A stretch of 63,433 nt of DNA, filler included, from Octopus bimaculoides (lineage: Eukaryota), in the NCBI RefSeq assembly GCF_001194135.2. It is 11 parts of 9 records of this genome, joined end to end, with 100 filler letters (N's around TTAATTAATTAA, not from the genome) between each part and the next. Parts side by side here need not be neighbours in the genome. Positions count along the whole stretch, not along the records: positions 29,250 to 37,569 come from NC_068987.1; positions 37,670 to 42,287 come from NC_068998.1; positions 42,388 to 59,241 come from NC_068985.1; 8 more parts are not named here. One strand, given 5' to 3'. Of the stretch, positions 36,554 to 49,884 are shown piece by piece. Within the stretch, counting starts at the first letter, position 1; each line of letters begins with the position of its first letter. The notes under the pieces were generated by a model. The model ran no database searches and was not told the DNA's origin. It saw only the letters and a program-made list of their open reading frames with translations. The position numbers and the translations under genes are program-made.

Positions 36554-36740
36554 TGGCATTAGGAAAGGCATCCAGCCATGGTGACTATGTCAAAACATAC
36601 ATCAGAGCTTGGTGCAGTCCTGTGACTCACCAGTTCCTGTGAAACTATCCAACCCTTGCCAGCATGGAAAACGGGCATTAAATGATGATGATGATGATGA
36701 TGTTGATGATGATGATGTTGATGATGATGATGAAGATTAT
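36554..36740 (+). mobile_element. Retroposon 3' tail (family E) with (GAT)n
   Basis: AGGAAAGGCATCCAGCC...CCAACCCTTGCCAGCATGGAAAACGGGCATTAAA(TGA)n. Confidence 0.7.
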
Positions 36741-36771
36741 ATGTGTGTGTGTACATGCGTGCATGTGTGCA

Positions 36772-36814
<43 letters not shown>

Positions 36815-36817
<3 letters not shown>

Positions 36818-37320
36818 ATTGGACATCTTATTGAAATGAGTAATAACAGAATTCCAAACCAACAATTTTATGGGGAATTGAAACAAGAAAAGAAGAAAGC
36901 CTTAAAATCCAAACAATGGTGCAAAGACCTTCTTAAGATGAACTTTAAGTAATGTGCTATTTTGTTTGAGAATTTGGAAGAACAAGATGCTGAGAGAGTG
37001 ATGTGGAGGAAGATAATCTTTAATGGTGTAATAGCATTGTCTGAGTGGGAAAGAATTTTATCATGCATCATTCAAAAGAGTTATTCAGGAAAGGAAGCAG
37101 GTAGCAACATCAAAGGCTGCAGACAAAAGTGGTCATCAATGTGAAATGCGTGGAAGAATTTATCTTTCTCGTGCTGGTTTCCAGAGCCACATGTGAAGGC
37201 ATGGTGATATGAAACGGATGCAATATCCTCAGTAACTTGGTTTGATTTGCAACATGTGTGACAAAGTGATGAAGTCAAAAGCTGTCATGCAGAGTCTTTT
37301 GCAAAGCCATGCAACAAAAG
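36815..37320 (+). pseudogene. RTE-clade LINE ORF C-terminus, decayed, with two C2H2-like fingers
   Basis: LIGHLIEMSNNRIPNQQFYGELK...KDLLK...AERVMWRKII matches the RTE pattern GHVxRMxDxRIPKQxxYGEL. Followed by HQCEMRGRIYLSRAGFQSHM and ICNMCDKVMKSKA. Confidence 0.75.
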
Positions 37321-37385
37321 AAGCTCAAGAAAAAAATTTGGAAACCTCATATTTGAGGGCAGTTTGACAAGCTGATATATATACA

Positions 37386-37555
37386 GGCGCAGGAGTGGCT
37401 GTGTGGTAAGTAGCTTGCTTACCAACCACATGGTTCCGGGTTCAGTCCCACTGAGTGCAACCTTGGGCAAGTGTCTTCTGCTATAGCCTCGGGCCGACCA
37501 AAGCCTTGTGCGTGGATTTGGTAGACAGAAACTTAAAGAAGCCTGTTGCATATAT
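37386..37555 (+). mobile_element. SINE family A, 5' half, well preserved
   Basis: GGCGCAGGAGTGGCTGTGTGGTAAG, GGTTCAGTCCC and ACCTTGGGCAAGTGTC, then (TA)n into a gap. Confidence 0.88.
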
Positions 37556-37669
37556 GTATATATATATATNNNNNNNNNNNNNNNNNNNNNNNNNNNNNNN
37601 NNNNNNNNNNNNNTTAATTAATTAANNNNNNNNNNNNNNNNNNNNNNNNNNNNNNNNNNNNNNNNNNNN

Positions 37670-37724
<55 letters not shown>

Positions 37725-38199
37725 TTATTTTGCAACGATGACCAAGTGTTTATATTAATACACTTATTGTTGTATATTTCGGAAAGTTTTTCTTTTATTT
37801 TACGTTTTGTTTATGTTTGTTTTTTTTTCTTCACTACAATACAGTAAAGTGTAACTCTTGTTTCATTTCCGAGTTCCTTTTTGTTTGTCTTTTTTTTTGT
37901 AGAGTATGTCACGTGTCTTGATTAAAAATGATCGACGGGAATGAAATACTTAACTAAATGCAATGCACACACATACGTATCGATCTATATACATGCATTC
38001 GTTTATACATACATTCATACAAACACACACACATACGCACACATATATATACATACATATATTTGTGATGGACTCTCCCGTATGAGCGTTGAGCTCTTCG
38101 TCGAACGACCTGCACACAAATGATTTGTTTATAGCGATCAAATGTTCGTGCCGCTCATTATTAACTCAAACAACTGAAACAAATCAAAGAATTAAAAAC

Positions 38200-38233
<34 letters not shown>

Positions 38234-39094
38234 NNNNNNNNNNNNNNNNNNNNNNNNNNNNNNNNNNNNNNNNNNNNNNNNNNNNNNNNNNNNNNNNNNN
38301 NNNNNNNNNNNNNNNNNNNNNNNNNNNNNNNNNNNNNNNNNNNNNNNNNNNNNNNNNNNNNNNNNNNNNNNNNNNNNNNNNNNNNNNNNNNNNNNNNNNN
38401 NNNNNNNNNNNNNNNNNNNNNNNNNNNNNNNNNNNNNNNNNNNNNNNNNNNNNNNNNNNNNNNNNNNNNNNNNNNNNNNNNNNNNNNNNNNNNNNNNNNN
38501 NNNNNNNNNNNNNNNNNNNNNNNNNNNNNNNNNNNNNNNNNNNNNNNNNNNNNNNNNNNNNNNNNNNNNNNNNNNNNNNNNNNNNNNNNNNNNNNNNNNN
38601 NNNNNNNNNNNNNNNNNNNNNNNNNNNNNNNNNNNNNNNNNNNNNNNNNNNNNNNNNNNNNNNNNNNNNNNNNNNNNNNNNGGTTAACTCTTCAATCGGA
38701 GATGACTCCATAACACAGAATACTTTCGACAGATTCCTAGAACGGAGAGATTAACCGGTTCCATGAAAATTGTGTCGTCAACGACTTCTTGTAAGAAAAT
38801 TGCATTTTGTTGTTGTACTCCTACCACTGAGAAGAGTTTCGAGAATGATGTCTTCTAGGGGACAGAGAGGGGCAGTGTAACCCGGATACGGTCACCTCAG
38901 AAAAATAAAACGAATTTCGCTGCTGTCCTCCCGTCTCTGAGAATGGTTAAGTGATCGATGTCTTAAAGAAAGAGACAGGAAATGTAGCATGGGTAAGTTC
39001 TCAGTCACACCATAATAAACTGCAACCGGAACTAGATTTTCAAACAACGAGAACGACAATAATAATTTATAATATGTGTGTGTGTGTGTGTATG

Positions 39095-39205
39095 GGCGCG
39101 GGCGTGGCTATAGGCGTAGGTGTGACTGCGCGGAAAGAAGTTTGCTTCCCAACCACGTGATTGAAGTTTCAGTCCCGCTGCATGAACCTTGAGCAAGTGT
39201 TTTCA
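39095..39205 (+). mobile_element. SINE family A, degenerate head
   Basis: GGCGTAGGTGTGACTGCGCGG...CCAACCACGTG...CAGTCCCGCTGC...ACCTTGAGCAAGTG. Confidence 0.65.
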
Positions 39206-39744
39206 CACATAAACGCTACAAAACAACAATAACAACAATGGAATACAAAACTGGAAATATTTAAAATATAAATGAAATAAAATTGAAAATTTCTTGAATC
39301 GTAAAATGACAGATCAAAGTGTTTGTGTTTCCGTTAATTTTAATTTATTTGCAAACGAAAGCAATGCAGCTGGTATGTCTACAGATATAGATATGGGAAA
39401 AATATAAAACATTAAATAAATTAAAATTGTATAAACGTAAGGTTTTGAATCACTTGAAAAAGGAAAAGAAACAAAAGAAACATGTTTGCTTCCCACCTTG
39501 CCTTTTCCCCTTTATACATGGAAAATGGATGGCCACAAGAATAGAGTGATTTTGACAGAAATAAAAAGTGTAACAAAAAGTGTAACATGAGAATACGAAA
39601 ATATCATAGTGTGTATACCCAGCTCGCTTTTATCGCGAACACACACACACACACAAACCGCTACCAAACTGGTTCCTGATCTTCTGAAATATTTATTTCC
39701 CTACTAGATCCACTGAAGCTCACAGAATACATCTTTCATCTTCC

Positions 39745-39808
39745 CTATACGTCATCCTCTCTATACGTCATCCTCTCTATACGTCATCCTCTCTATATCT
39801 CCATCCTC
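39745..39808 (+). repeat. 16-bp tandem repeat CTATACGTCATCCTCT, three exact copies plus one degenerate copy
   Basis: Directly visible. Confidence 0.9.
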
Positions 39809-41066
39809 CGACCACACAACTCGAAACTGCACTGAAGTTTTTCACAATTTATTCTCTCCAAGAACAAGAACCTTCTGAAAAAACCTGTTGTACCAAAAAT
39901 TGCCTGAAGGCATCCCCCATTCACAGATTTTCACTGTAAATTCACCGCATGAATGTCACCAATCTGAGAAAGTCTACAAAATCTAGGGGTTCCCTTTCTC
40001 ATTTACTCCGACAAAAAAATAATGCCCAACACAAAAACAAAAAAAAATAATAAAACGAAGTCTTCAGTAGATAGACAATGCTATAGAATATTCATCTAAT
40101 CAAGCATTTGACTAAAGACTAATTCATTTTCAATCAGTGACTTGTTTCAATCATTAGACTGCCGCCATGCTCCGTGACATGATATCGATTTCTTATTGAA
40201 ATCATTTCATCTCACAAAGATCTAAGAAATATCTTTGAAAAATGAGCAAATATTGCATATTTGTAGCTCGTTCAACGTCCTCTGGCCCCTAATTCCATCA
40301 GCTCTATGAAGAATATACTCATCTAAGGTCTATTTCAAAACAATTAAATATCATTCAATAATGGCGTCTTGCCACGGAGCCTACAGCACCATGTTAGATG
40401 GTACAGGTGCATGACGGGATTACACAATCAATTATTTCCACAATTACGTGTTCAGATGTTCATTTTTCTGGCTATGACCATCCATCAGGCATTGCTTTAG
40501 TTCCTCTCTCTTCCTATATATATATATACACAAATATATATACATATATATATAAATACATATATATATGCATATATTATATATATATAGACATATATAT
40601 ACATGTATATGCATACATAAATATACATGTATATANNNNNNNNNNNNNNNNNNNNNNNNNNNNNNNNNNNNNNNNNNNNNNNNNNNNNNNNNNNNNNNNN
40701 NNNNNNNNNNNNNNNNNNNNNNNNNNNNNNNNNNNNNNNNNNNNNNNNNNNNNNNNNNNNNNNNNNNNNNNNNNNNNNNNNNNNNNNNNNNNNNNNNNNN
40801 NNNNNNNNNNNNNNNNNNNNNNNNNNNNNNNNNNNNNNNNNNNNNNNNNNNNNNNNNNNNNNNNNNNNNNNNNNNNNNNNNNNNNNNNNNNNNNNNNNNN
40901 NNNNNNNNNNNNNNNNNNNNNNNNNNNNNNNNNNNNNNNNNNNNNNNNNNNNNNNNNNNNNNNNNNNNNNNNNNNNNNNNNNNNNNNNNNNNNNNNNNNN
41001 NNNNNNNNNNNNNNNNNNNNNNNNNNNNNNNNNNNNNNNNNNNNNNNNNNNNNNNNNNNNNNNNNN

Positions 41067-41115
<49 letters not shown>

Positions 41116-42061
41116 CATACATGCATGAGGGAGAGAGAGGGAGTGTGTGAGAGAGAGACAGTGAGGAAGAGGGAGAGAGAAAGAGACTTTAGATAAATGA
41201 ATACATAGTTTATCCTACAGTAGATATTTTTTTTTTCTTTAATAGTTTTGATGCTTAACACGGATTAGATCTCAGGACATGCTGCTCTAAATTTCCTCTA
41301 ATACCACCATTAGAACCACTTTAGTGCACCGCCTTAAGAAGCATCCTACAATTGGTTTTGCATATTTGCCATTTAATTATGCAAACGACATTATGTCCGG
41401 CTGACACGCCTTTAAGTCAAACAACCAAATATAACACACATGCAAACACACACACACACACGCACGCGCACACACACACACGCACACACACACTCACACA
41501 CACACACACACACACACACATTCATTCAAACCTCCCTACATACATAGAAATATATTCAGATATACATGATTATGTATTTCTATAACACACGTAAATGTAT
41601 ATGTATAAATGTGCACACATATTTACTTATATACATATACACATGCATATATACATACATANNNNNNNNNNNNNNNNNNNNNNNNNNNNNNNNNNNNNNN
41701 NNNNNNNNNNNNNNNNNNNNNNNNNNNNNNNNNNNNNNNNNNNNNNNNNNNNNNNNNNNNNNNNNNNNNNNNNNNNNNNNNNNNNNNNNNNNNNNNNNNN
41801 NNNNNNNNNNNNNNNNNNNNNNNNNNNNNNNNNNNNNNNNNNNNNNNNNNNNNNNNNNNNNNNNNNNNNNNNNNNNNNNNNNNNNNNNNNNNNNNNNNNN
41901 NNNNNNNNNNNNNNNNNNNNNNNNNNNNNNNNNNNNNNNNNNNNNNNNNNNNNNNNNNNNNNNNNNNNNNNNNNNNNNNNNNNNNNNNNNNNNNNNNNNN
42001 NNNNNNNNNNNNNNNNNNNNNNNNNNNNNNNNNNNNNNNNNNNNNNNNNNNNNNNNNNNNN

Positions 42062-42111
<50 letters not shown>

Positions 42112-42460
42112 TGTGTGTGTGTGTGTGCGTGAGTAACATACACATATACATACACGTACACATGCACAGATACACATAGACAGAGAAAGAGAGGGAGATA
42201 GATAGATGGATAGATGAATCGATATACAAGTATATATATATATATATATATATTAGTATAACAAACCATAATCCACGAAACTTACACNNNNNNNNNNNNN
42301 NNNNNNNNNNNNNNNNNNNNNNNNNNNNNNNTTAATTAATTAANNNNNNNNNNNNNNNNNNNNNNNNNNNNNNNNNNNNNNNNNNNNATCTATATACATA
42401 CATACATACATACATACATGCATACATACATACATACATGCATACATACATACATACATA

Positions 42461-43300
42461 CAAACGGTGTTTGTGCTTAATTTAACAGTTTGCATAAGAG
42501 AAGAATACATAACATCTCATCCAAAATAAATGTATTTTCCAAACATCAAAAAATTTATACAACATTACTTCAAATAGTCGCCCTCAAATTCCATGACGGA
42601 CTCAAAGTTGCCCTGAAGCTGGCAAACGTCTTCCTCTCTTGTACCCTTTCAAAGATCGACATGCTGGGGACCAGCTCCGCTTCGGTGTTGACAGCAGAGT
42701 GTCGGTCGCCTTATCAACCATTCCCAAACATTATAATGGGATTACAATCGGGAGAATTAAGCGGCCTGAAATTGCTGCTGTTGAATTCGGAGAATTTATC
42801 ACTCAACCACTACTGAGAGTTTCCGTGGGTAAGGCACGGAACGGAATCCTGTTCTCACATATCTGGCCTTCCAATTTTAACCTTTCTCAGGGATTGTTCT
42901 GTCTCTAGCAGTTTCTAATAGCGGTCTGAATTGAACTAGAGGCCCACTTCCAAGGCGTGTTGGTGAATTCTCGCTCTCGGACGCATGGAGAACGTCTGGT
43001 CTTTCCCGTTCCCCTCGCTATGGCTTCGGAGTTTCCGTTGCAGCTTTCCATGTTACTTCTTACGGCATCCCCTGTATTAACAGAATATGGAGCAGTAGTC
43101 ATGATATCGACATTTTAATACCCAGTGCAAATAATTATAGTACAGTTAATTCTCCCAATGTTCAAATGGTTTAAGGTTACTCCATATCAGCTATATTTAA
43201 TCATTATGCTCTCCAACACCGTTGATTGTTTACCAGTACGTCAAGTTGCTCTTGAAAAATGAAGCTATAAATAATCGTTTAATTTAACCCGAACACCCTG
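42461..43300 (-). mobile_element. Internally deleted Tc1/mariner element, DD37D (maT)-like
   Basis: TA-flanked degenerate TIRs (CAGGGTGTTCGGGTTAAATT on minus at 43300; CAAACGGTGTTTGTGCTTAATT at 42461). Transposase remnant RPDM*EQDSVPCLTHGNSQ*WLSDKF...FRPLNSPDCNP, with 32 residues from the QD Asp to the SPD Asp, implying D37D. Confidence 0.78.
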
Positions 43301-44054
43301 TATGTATGCATGCATATATATATATGTTTGCATGTATTTACAGATCGTAAGTCAATAGATTTTATACAAATATGCATCAGTTCTGAATTCCATTCAATGA
43401 ATATCATTCGTCTTTCGGGAAATATATATTTATTTTAGACGCAGACAATTGACTTTATAACTAAGAATGCAACTCTGCAGTTCGCCATATTGTCTACTTT
43501 CAGTTTAACTCCATTGCATATATCTATGGCGTTCTTTATTGATTAGTATCATATTTTCTAATCAATAAAATTACAAGAAATATTGCATAAACAAATCCTA
43601 GGGTTGTTTAAATGGTTGTTTATGTTACTAGAGGTTAGTTAAATTATAAAAGTACTGATGGCACAAGAATACATTAGTTTTTTTGTTTTGTTTTTTAAAT
43701 GTTGCTGTTATTTTCTATGCTTCCATTGTTATATATGCCAATTATCTCAATTCAATGCCATGTTTGGATATAATACAACTTAAACTATGTATAATCTTAC
43801 CAATTTCAAAATTTGAATTCTCCCATCTTCATTACATTGAGTTATATGTAATTCATCACGTTAAATATACAAATTCATCTGCATTTGTGGCACTTGAAAT
43901 ATATCCGAACATGATATGCGAAACGTGATATCGAAGAAAACGTGAGCTAACTTATATAAAGATTATTTGCGCCTCAGTATCGCCATTGATCTCGATCCAG
44001 TATGCTTAGTTACAAAGAATGATGTCTTTTAACATTTATCATCTGATGATTGCC

Positions 44055-44480
44055 TCAATCATTGGATTGCAGCCAGGCAAGGGTAACGATTGAAGGAGCC
44101 GCAGTAGAGCAAAACCCCCAAACCAGTAACTGGTTAGTTTTTATTTTTTTACAACCAGATAGTTATTTATATCACTCCATTTTGCCGAACCGCTAGGTTA
44201 AGGAGACGCAAACAAATCAATAACGGTTATCAACCGCGGGTTGGCAAACGCTAAGGCACACATATTTAGACACACATAATAAACACGCGGTCAAATAAAC
44301 ACACAGATGCCTGTTGTAAATATGCAACAGGCTTCTAACAGTTTCCGCTGCCAAATTAACTAGGAAATCATTCGTCATACCGGTACTATTGCAGAAAACA
44401 TTTGTCCAAGGAGCCGCACTGTGGGGCTGAACTCAAAAACACGTAAATTCAAGGTGAGCGCCTTAACCACTTAATTAAGC
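44055..44480 (-). mobile_element. SINE family A, old full-length copy
   Basis: Degenerate tail (TTTTGCCGAACCGCTAGG), decayed internal microsatellite, and head (GCTTCTAACAGTTTCCG...GTCCAAGG...GCTGAACTC...AACCAC). Confidence 0.65.
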
Positions 44481-46623
44481 GTGGACTTATATTCAGATTC
44501 TGTTTAAGGAACAACTCATAATTGCAACGTACACGTTAAAACGCTATTTGTTGTACGATGAGGATACCACAGCGTAGAATTGAGATGGAAAAGGTGAAGG
44601 AAATCTTTTTACGACTCAAGTTCTCAGAGGGCCTCACGCCAGACATGATCCATATGAAGCTGAAAAGAATATGGACTACAAACGGCTTCCCCACCCTCTC
44701 TTTCGTCCTTATATCTTCAGATTTGCGTGTGTTATCATGTGTATTTTCTAAGTTGGTATCATGCACTTTTTCATAATGTTATACATTTTCAGAATAGTTA
44801 CAGCTTCAACATCATAAGTATTTTATGGTTGTGCGTTATGTGTTTTATAACTGTAATCTTCTACAAAATTTGCTTATCGTTTTTGAAATCTGAAGAGATG
44901 TTATCTCTCTTCAGACGTAAAAGAAATGCTGTGGTAAGCGGCCAGAAAAAAGGAAGAATGAGAAAAGACGAAATGTAACGAAATATAAAGTATCGTATAT
45001 GACTGGCAATCCAATGTTTGCAATATATCTTCTGACTGTATCCATTCTGAATTTTGGTTCCACTAAGGTTGACTCTGTCTTACATCCTTCAGAAGTTGGG
45101 CCGTGAGAATTATAAGAACGTCGGAATAAATGCATCACGTTACAGCAATAATTACTGCTTTCAAGCTGCTATAAGGAAGAAAGTGTAAATTAAAATGCGA
45201 TGGTTTGTCTTATTATAACTGTGATCTACCTATTACGATCTACCTATTATGCCATTTAAAATTGTGTTTGCTTGTAAGTAATGGAAATACTACTACTCAT
45301 CTCTGCTAGCTAATAAGTAAGATATTATTGTTACACGCTCGTGTTATTCAAAGGATTAACAATTTTTCTTGAAATGATCAGCTCCATCGAATTATGTTTA
45401 CTTTTGCTTTAGTGTATATTAATAATAATAATGGTTTGCATTATAAACAAATAGGCCAGAAACATGCAAACATCTCACTTGATTACATCTTTGATTTTTG
45501 ACACGAAGGCAATTTCCTCTTATGGAATTGTTCTTGTCACAACCTAAAGGATCACAAATTAATATTGGCCCTTTCGGGATTCTTCCCAATAAACGCACTT
45601 ACATTACTTATAATAAATAATCATATTAATATTTAATGATTAAAAGCTTTTGTGAAATTCATCAATTCGTAGTAAATAAACTCAAATCTTTGTTTTCCTT
45701 GAAAATGTGTTTGTCTAATTTAGATTCATATTTAAAGTTTAATTTAAACAGACAGTGCAGTTGCGCTCAGTCTCAATAATCATTTTATAAGACAGATCCT
45801 TGAAACCGGGAGATAAATACCACGTTCATTGTAACTATTTTCTCCCTTCTAAAATAGAATCTTTTTAATGAAAACTATGATATGAAATTTTCGATTTTTT
45901 GTTTTTTAATAATAAGACAGCTGAGATATATCACGGGTATATTTGTTACAAGTTTGTTAGGAAATTTAACTACATTGCACATATTTCTCTAATATATAAA
46001 TTATTTCATCTTACATAATCTTTTTAATTGCCACAAGGTGGTTATCAAAAACTTACTATCAGTTCTATTTCATCTTTATTACCACCAGCGCATTAAATAT
46101 CTATCAATTTATCACAAATGAGATTACTTGTTTTTTTTTGTTTTTTTTACTGTAAAAATGCAAATAATGTTTGAAACTTGTTTGTTTTTTTGTTTTTTTT
46201 TATTTACATTCAGAGACCACCAAAGAATGATAATATTATTTTCATCAAATGTAATTTTGAAAACGGTACAAAAATAGTTTTAATAAAAATATTTCGTATG
46301 AAAGAATGTTGTTCAATACGATAGCATTTAACTTCTATTTACATCCGGTTCAAACTTTCTATATGTGCATTTTATTTAATAACCTTATGCAATTCGAGGA
46401 TGAATTCAATGAACGCAATTTATTTTCAGCTCTTTCCTTTTAGAAAATTTACTGGAGGATTATGAATTTTCAATTTCATTGATTCTGTTGCCTACATCAT
46501 TCTGCTTTGCAGCGTTTAAAGATGAAAGTGTTGTGAGCTAATTCAAAAATGCTAGAACGAGCTCAGATATACATCGACAGATATACAAAGAAGCACCTTT
46601 ACACTGAGGTAAATACATATGTA

Positions 46624-47569
46624 CAGGGTGGGACAGAGAAGACAGACGTTTTTGAAATGGCTATTACTCAGCCCCAGAGCGAGGGAAATATGTCCGTCAG
46701 GTACCATTCGGTCCTTGGTGTCTTAGCATTTTGTTATCTTTTCAGGTGAAGCCATGGCACAGGTGAAGCCACGTGACTTTCGGCGCCACTTGTGCATTTG
46801 CCGAAATCAGGCTGCTCCTACCCGTAACACAATCTTACTTTGAGACAATGCACTTCGCACACGAGGTACACTAACTTCGCACGTCAGATGAAAGCAATTT
46901 TTAGGCAAATGAAAATCTCACTTTGTTAATGAGAGATGAAGCTCACTTTTAACTCAATGACATGGTGAATCAACATAACCGTCGTTTTGGGGCTGTTGAA
47001 AACCCGAGAGAACTACATGACAGACCACTGCACAGACCCAAAGTGACTGTCTGGTGTGCTTTTGGATAAACTGCCGTATTTGGTCCCTACGTTTTTGAAG
47101 ACAGTAATAGAAATGCTGTTATTATTTACTCGGAGTGTTACATCGAGATTATAAACAACGACATTGTGCCTCAATTACGACGAAAACATACCTATTCGAC
47201 GTGTGTAGTTTCAGCAGGATGGGGCGACGGCTTCACACATCCTGAGAATCAAACACCGTTATTCGCTCTCTTTGCAGTGACCGCTTCATTTCCAGGTTTG
47301 CTGATATTTCTTGGCCCCTTCTGTCCTCTGATTTGTCCATGTGTGATTATGTCTTGTTGGGAAACCTCAAGGCACGACTGTATGCGCATAATCCCCGTAT
47401 ATTGGACTCTTTGGAGGAAGATTTTCGCGTGAAAGTCATCGAAATCAACGGAACAATGCTGGAGGGAGAGAGGGGAGGCAAACCTCCAAGAACGCCTTCA
47501 GAAATGCATCAATGAAAATGGACATCGCATGAACTTTTCAAAAAGGTCCGTCTTATGTTCCCCACACTC
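46624..47569 (+). mobile_element. Tc1/mariner element, DD41D (rosa/VS)-like, decayed and internally deleted
   Basis: TA-CAGGGTGGGACAG left TIR and a degenerate right TIR before TA at 47570. Motifs RDEAHF, ENPRELHDRPLHRPKVTVWC, FQQDGATA and ISRFADISWPLLSSDLSMCDY. The second and third catalytic Asp codons (47218, 47345) are 124 nt apart, about 41 codons. Confidence 0.85.
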
Positions 47570-48829
47570 TACGTATACACACGCCTGTTCATATATCTTA
47601 TATATTGTTAAAACAATTCTGTAACTATTGTTGATGTCTTAACGGAACTAGGTCAGCTATTTATATTAGACATTTGTTATTAGGAAGCAAACATTTTCTT
47701 CATGATTAACCAAACATGGCGAAACTGTTTTGCTCTCAAACACTCCCACCCATTCATATTATGCAAATCTTGTTGCAGTCATTGAAATTTCTATGTTTCA
47801 TCACTTCAATGTATTTGAAGTATTATTATTTTAAATTTACTATAAACTTTCATTCTGTATACCATAAAATAATAACCAATATCTTTTTCCATTACTTTCG
47901 ATAATGACTAACCAATATTTTTGAATATATACAATTCCATCATCTCAACAATTCACTTTCAAAACAATTCTTTTCACTTATGAATACATAAATTCATTAT
48001 TTTCGGTGTATATATTACTGTAACATTTTTTTCATATTTCAAATATTTCATTTGAAATTTCATTCAACAAATCCGACATGTTGTTCATTTGATATCTCAA
48101 AGATTCATTGTTGCAATATTTCCTTTACATATCTTTTACCTTTTCAACTAAATCCCATTGAGTATTATTGTTTTTCTGATTCCTGCTTTTAAATAATAAC
48201 TTTGTTCATTTTCATAAACTCGATTCGGCAATCTTTGTGGGCAGATTCGAAAATAAATGTTCAAAATATTATATTTAAGGATTCCATTAAAAAATTCGCC
48301 GTTTTAGGATTTTTTTTTTCCATTATGTGCTTTTTCAAATTCTGTTCAGTGTTTCTGCTAATATAACCAGATATACATGAATACGTGCATAACATATACA
48401 TAAATTTACATATAAGTATATGCAAATAAAATTTATAAATATGTGTTCTGAAGAAACAGTAAATTATATGTAAAGAGTAAAAAGTTTAGAATGGTACAAC
48501 AATGCACTATAATACAAAAAATGGACTATATATCTGTTGTAATTTGGTTATCTATAGTCCGATGATATTTCAGTATTACAATTCCTTCTTCAGATATTCT
48601 TAGATGGAGTCTCTGCTATTAATGATATATATATATATACATAAAGAGAGAGGGAAACAGAGAGAAAGAGAAAGACTTATTGTGTTTCTTTTTAATTTAT
48701 TCTTATGTTTGTTATGGGGTTTACTTAAAATCATATCATTATCCATCCAAAATTTATTTGATAGAGGGCGTGAACTAATATGCGTCACCACATCATTTCC
48801 GTAGATCGTTCGGCAAAAACTGAACACTT

Positions 48830-48975
48830 ATACGTCGTCTTCCACAGTAGACTCCCTGTGATCGCAGAGCAGAGTGAGATAAATTGTTTTGCTCAAGAAC
48901 ACAACACAGCAACCGGTCTAGGAATTGAAATCGCGATCTTGTAATCGTAAATGCAGCATCCTAACCACTTGCTTT
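48830..48975 (-). mobile_element. tRNA-derived SINE, family D (V-domain-like)
   Basis: Minus strand AGTGGTTAGGATGCTGC...GATTTCAATTCCTAGACC...GTGTTCTTGAGCAAAAC. Homologous to 61283-61470. Confidence 0.65.
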
Positions 48976-49884
48976 CGGCGTAAATACTACACCAATACGA
49001 ACGTAAAATGCGTGGTGACGATTGTTTTGTGTAAAATACTAATACATGAAAGTATATCTTTGTATGTATATCTGTCTATAACTACGTTCAGTTTTATCTT
49101 TATATGCATGAAAACTTTTGCAGACCAGAAATCAGTAAAAATTTGCAGATAAAAGCAATAATCAGGATTGAAAGTAAGGCGTTAATATATTGAATTTCAT
49201 ATTATCTAAATACCATAGCATTTTAACAACACTGATTTCGTAGGTTTCCAATTTTTCAATATTTGGATATCGTCTTCTCTGCCTAAGAGGATATCAATAT
49301 CTGTATTGCTTTTATCGACAACTCATTGCGTTTTGCACCAATGGACCGTCCCCTTTAATACTTACTAGATCTGCCAAAAATCCCATCCATTGCATAGTGA
49401 AATCAGTCTTTCCAATTTTTAAACTATCATAACACGTTACCTTAAATAGGTATAAATAAACTGCCCACCAAACTATGGTCAGGTAGTATTTTCATCACAT
49501 TTCAGCTTGGTCAACTATAACTGAGAAATAAATAGAAATGTATAAGTTTTTGAGTATATTGCAGAGATTTTATAACCAACTTTGTATACTATAATACGAT
49601 ATTTACTTCTTAGTAGATATTTTTTATGAGACAAATCATATACTAAAGTGGTATATTTTGCCCTGTTTTTATTACGGCAAATATTAATAATTTATTCTAT
49701 AAGTTGTGAAACAAATTAAATACTTATATATCCATATGTATATAATACAATGCACGTAGCTGCTTTATTAAAAATATTTAACGTATGCAATGAAATATAT
49801 AAAGACATTGAGCCGTATCAATTAAAACACTGAATATTGTTCTTGTACTGTTTCTGCTGTGGCCTATCAAAATATAAATTTCCT

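Noticed and set aside
42490-42908. Plus-strand ORFs of 108 and 89 aa resembling a host exon
   Set aside because: The opposite strand carries recognisable Tc1/mariner catalytic motifs within TIRs.
44889-44915. Perfect 10-bp hairpin TCTGAAGAGA/TCTCTTCAGA containing CTGAAGA
   Set aside because: No GAAA strand in either orientation. An isolated short palindrome with no further support.
47700-48330. AT-rich stretch that might be a decayed coding region on the minus strand
   Set aside because: Stops occur in all frames and I could recognise no motif. A BLASTX against TE proteins would settle it.
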